A DNA stretch of 64,000 nucleotides, taken from Blepharisma stoltei ATCC 30299 (Eukaryota > Protista > Ciliophora). How positions within the stretch are numbered: the first letter of the stretch is position 1; every line of letters begins with the position of its first letter. A program made the position numbers and the translations under genes. The stretch covers positions 186,001 to 250,000 of the forward strand of contig CBFDEM010000040.1 of NCBI GenBank assembly GCA_965603825.1. The letters run 5' to 3'. Below are positions 60,410 to 64,000 of the stretch, piece by piece. A model generated the notes under the pieces. It made no database searches. It had not been told where the DNA came from and was given only the letters and a program-made list of their open reading frames with translations.

Positions 60410-60610
60410 TTACAGTTTTTCTTTTATGCTCTTCTTTGCCATTGCTGCTTTATAGTTTGCTAAAGCTGCCCAAACTTCTCCTTTAACTTTGACTTTCTTT
60501 CCAGCAGGTATCTTTGGGGCAGGTACAGCTATTTTGTATTGCACGCTTGTTTCCTGTACAGCTTCTCTCATTGGAACTGAGAGCTTGAATAATCGTCTAA
60601 ATGCTTGCAT
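60410..60610 (-). CDS. Small basic protein with mitochondrial-presequence-like N-terminus
   Basis: AAAATG context; MQAFRRLFKLS; Ala/Lys-rich coding-like composition. Confidence 0.6.
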   Translation of the reverse strand: MQAFRRLFKLSVPMREAVQETSVQYKIAVPAPKIPAGKKVKVKGEVWAALANYKAAMAKKSIKEKL

Positions 60611-61453
60611 TTTAAAATAATTATATTAGTATGATAAAATTCAAAAATAAGTCAATGGCGATAGATTATCTCGGAAACAGGGTTCAATTTGCGTTTAGAC
60701 CGTTGGGTATAGCTGTTAAGAAATTTCAAGATTATTAAGCTTGGCACTTAAGAAGCTTGATTATTTAAATTTATGCACTAATAGAGAAAACTGGTATAGC
60801 TATTTCAAATAATTTGATAGATATTTATAAAATTCGAAACTTCATCTTTGTTGAGGAAATACCAGAAGCAGTTGGATTCAAAATTATGCAATAGAAAAAG
60901 CATATAGACAGCAAAACTATTATTAGATAACCTTTAAGTTGCTACGAATATTTTTTTTATAATTTTTGCTATCTGATAGCTTCTTTAAATTTTAATATAT
61001 GTGTCGCGGTTTTCAAATCAATCTTTAATTACAGAAAACAGCCAAACTTAGTTGATTTAGCAATTGAAATTCTAAGGGTTTATGTAATTATCAAATATCT
61101 GAAAAAGATAGCAAATTTATAATTTATAAAATTGGAAGAGCTTCAATCACAAAAATGCTTATATTATCTAGATTCTAATTCTCACTCAAAAATGAATTGA
61201 CTGATCTTTGTAATTTTGCACCAAACCTTTCACGCTAGCATAGTTTTGCATTATAAATATTTCACTATCTTACACAAATAGCTAAATTCATTTTTAAAGC
61301 AAATACAAAATCCTCATTGCATTCTCTACCACTCTTTAAATTTATTCAGGGGTGTCTGAAAATATCATTTCTTTATGCACTGTATTGAGCATAATTTCCA
61401 TTTTTGCTTTTAATCAATATGACTTTCTAGCATCTTGATCTCCCATCATAATA

Positions 61454-63394
61454 ATGTGGATCCTATTTCTTATTCTTCACGTCCACTCTTATTTTCTCCC
61501 TGGAGTTGCTCCTAAAAGCTATGAGCAAGGTCACAAACTCAACCTGTACGTGAACAAGCTTGATTCTTCAAAAACTCAGCTTCCATTCGATTATTATTAT
61601 CTGCATTATTGTAAGCCGCACCATGTATCAGCACAAAGCGAAAACATTGGTCAAACTTTAACAGGAGACACAATAGAGACTTCGCCTTATCAGATAAGCA
61701 TGGGTCAGGTGAAGAGATGCGAAGTTTTATGCACTCAAACAAATAGACGATCTCATATAAGGACTTTTAAGTGGATGATTGATAATGAGTACAAAGCTTC
61801 ATGGCTTCTTGACAACCTTCCAGCTGGATTTAGGCAAACTACAAATTCTAATGACCAAAGAACGAAAACCAAAATTTCTTATTACCAAGATGGATTTCCT
61901 ATTGGGTTTAGAGATGGCAGAGATTTTTTTATTAATAATCACCATCATATTGTCATCAAAATCCACCCAAATTCGAAAGACGAGGACAAATGGAAAATTG
62001 TAGGGTTTTTGGTGGAACCTTTGAGCCTGCTGAATACTCCTGAAAAATTAGGCTGCAATACACCAGAATTCCTAAGTCATGAGTTTGGGGAAGCGAAATG
62101 GAACGAAACTATTATGACTCCTGATGAAAGGCTGTCAGGATCTTTTCCTACACGGATATCCACACTTCCTGCACAGAATTTGGATCTCCCTGGCTCGAAT
62201 ATTACATATACATATAGTGTGATATTTGAAGAAAGTGACGTAAAATGGGCAGATAGATGGGATTATTACCTTTATATGACTGGAGAAAGTGGAGAAGTCC
62301 ATTGGCTTTCCATTGTAAACTCTTTTGCAATGGTTTTGTTTTTAACCGGAATGGTCGCTCATATATTTAGAAGAATAATCAAAAAAGACATATCAACATA
62401 TAATGAAAAAGACGATATTGATCCAGAAGGGGAGTCTGGCTGGAAACAAGTTAAAGGTGACATTTTTAGACCGCCTGTTTATGGGAGTATTTTTTCAATT
62501 ATTATCGGATCTGGTGTACAAGTAATTGGAATGGCCATTTTAACATTGCTTTTTGCTTGCATTGGATTTTTAACTCCAGCTAACAGAGGAGCTTTAGTTA
62601 CTGCTATGCTTATTTTATATGTATTTATGGGTGCTGGTGCTGGATATACATCATCAAGACTTTACAAGTTCTTCGGCGGCGATTTTTGGAAAAGAAATGC
62701 TTTTGGGACCGCTTTCTTTTTCCCAGGAATCTGCTTCTTGGTGTTTTTCATTGTGAATCTTTTCATTCTCGGAGAAGAGTCGTCAGGAGCTGTCCCATTC
62801 ACATCTTTGCTTGAATTACTTATTCTTTGGTTTGGAATTTCTGTCCCTCTTGTATTTTTAGGAAGTGCGATAGGGTTTAGAAAAAACAGAATTGATCATC
62901 CTTGCAAAATAAATAAAATTCCTAAGCCCATTGAAATCATTCCAGGATCTTTTAAAATTAACGCCATTTGTGTAATGGCAGGATCTTTACCATTTGGGTG
63001 TATGTTTATTGAGCTCAGTTATGTAATGAAGAGCTTGTGGCACCACACACTATTTTATTATCTTTTTGGATTTTTATTCCTCTGCTTTGTAGTGCTTGTA
63101 ATCACTTCAGCTGAGGTCTCAATATTAATGACTTACATAATTCTTTGTAGAGAGGATTATAGATGATGGTGGGCATCTTTTGGGGTCGCTGGGTCTTCAG
63201 GAATTTATTTGTTTTTATATTCATTTATATATTTTATGACAGATTTGACGTTTAATAGATTTTCGTCAGTTATTATTTACTTTGGATATATGTTCCTTAC
63301 AAGTGTGGCGTATGCTTTGATTACCGGGACCATAGGATTCTTTGCAACTTTTATATTCATTCGAAATATTTATAGCAATATTAAGGTTAGCTAA
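61454..63394 (+). CDS. TM9SF: Transmembrane 9 superfamily protein, paralogue 2
   Basis: YFLPGVAP, ENIGQTLTGD, WADRWDYY, VHWLSIVNS, GWKQVKGDIFRPP, EDYRW(TGA 63164)WW; ends at TAA 63394. Confidence 0.95.
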
Positions 63395-64000
63395 ATTAAT
63401 AGAATCATATTAAGCAATGCGCGATAAACGTAATAAATAATAATTTTATATATTTCAATCAAATTCGAAACATTCGAAAATATGGTTTTATTACAAATAA
63501 ATTTTTTAGGATTGATGAAAAATCCTGGTAGAAAAGTAAGAGAAATATCATTTTAAAAAAAAAATAATCAAGATCAAATTAAGCTTTAAAAGAAGAGTCA
63601 TTGATAATTAATTATAAAAAATATAAAGGAATTTATACTTTGTATTCTAACAGCTACATCTATTAAATATCTAAAGAATTTTAATCATAATTTTTGAGAT
63701 TAAAAAATCGTTCATTTCTTTAAATCTGATCTGGATTTTTCTAAATTTTATTTTATCATTATATAAAAATAAGCTTCATATTTGTTCCAGAAAAGTTAAA
63801 AAATTCTAGCATCTAGACAGACCATTTTTAACCAAATTTGAATTGCTAAATAATTGTTATTTATTTTTTAGTTGAGTTTTACAATCTAATTATATTTATT
63901 TTAATTTCTTATTGTAATCTGAAATTGAATTTATTTAACATGCATCCTAGTTTAAAATATAATGCTTTTCAGAGACATGCTTTGCAAGCATATATTTATT

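Noticed and set aside
60650-60720. GC-richer patch containing GGTTCAATT resembling a tRNA T-loop
   Set aside because: No acceptor, D or anticodon stems could be formed; probably promoter sequence of the 60410-60610 gene.

Overview
Gene-dense, AT-rich eukaryotic nuclear DNA, most consistent with the macronuclear genome of a heterotrich ciliate such as Blepharisma. Two signatures support this. First, TGA is read as Trp: it sits at invariant Trp positions such as Rab WDTAGQ, kinase DIWSLG, both WW-domain tryptophans and TM9SF WWW, while only TAA/TAG end genes. Second, every intron found is a 15-16 nt GT...AG spliceosomal intron, nearly always with an A six bases from the 3' end. The supplied standard-code ORF track therefore fragments most genes. 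Re-joining across TGA and tiny introns gives about 40 protein genes. Enzymes: RNase T2, GST, LACTB2, citrate synthase, Nudix, TTLL, DUF229, SCP phosphatase, ABHD, histidine phosphatase, RBR E3, a FYVE-CRIB-PAK kinase, a DOT1-like methyltransferase fusion, a Cys-type SelT and a bacterial-type PGM1-like ATP-grasp peptide ligase. Trafficking and membrane: three Rabs, a SNARE, a short chorein-N protein, a DMT transporter, an NHE, two TM9SF paralogues and a 2280-aa multi-pass surface receptor. Cytoskeleton and cilia: an EF-hand protein, dynein intermediate chain, a CEP164-like and a FAM166-like protein. Nuclear and other: two LIN54/tesmin CXC proteins, a TKI1/CRAMP1-like protein, TFIIA, RPL37, a CDGSH protein and a UBL-UBA-RCC1-BTB protein. 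I recognised no tRNA, rRNA, telomere, CRISPR or transposon. The best leads are the PGM1-like ligase (possible horizontal transfer), the giant receptor with an LNR module and an unrecognised 4-copy cytoplasmic repeat, the putative p97 adaptor, the DOT1-like fusion, and same-strand gene pairs only 7-13 nt apart. All family calls are from motif recognition by eye; no database search was run.
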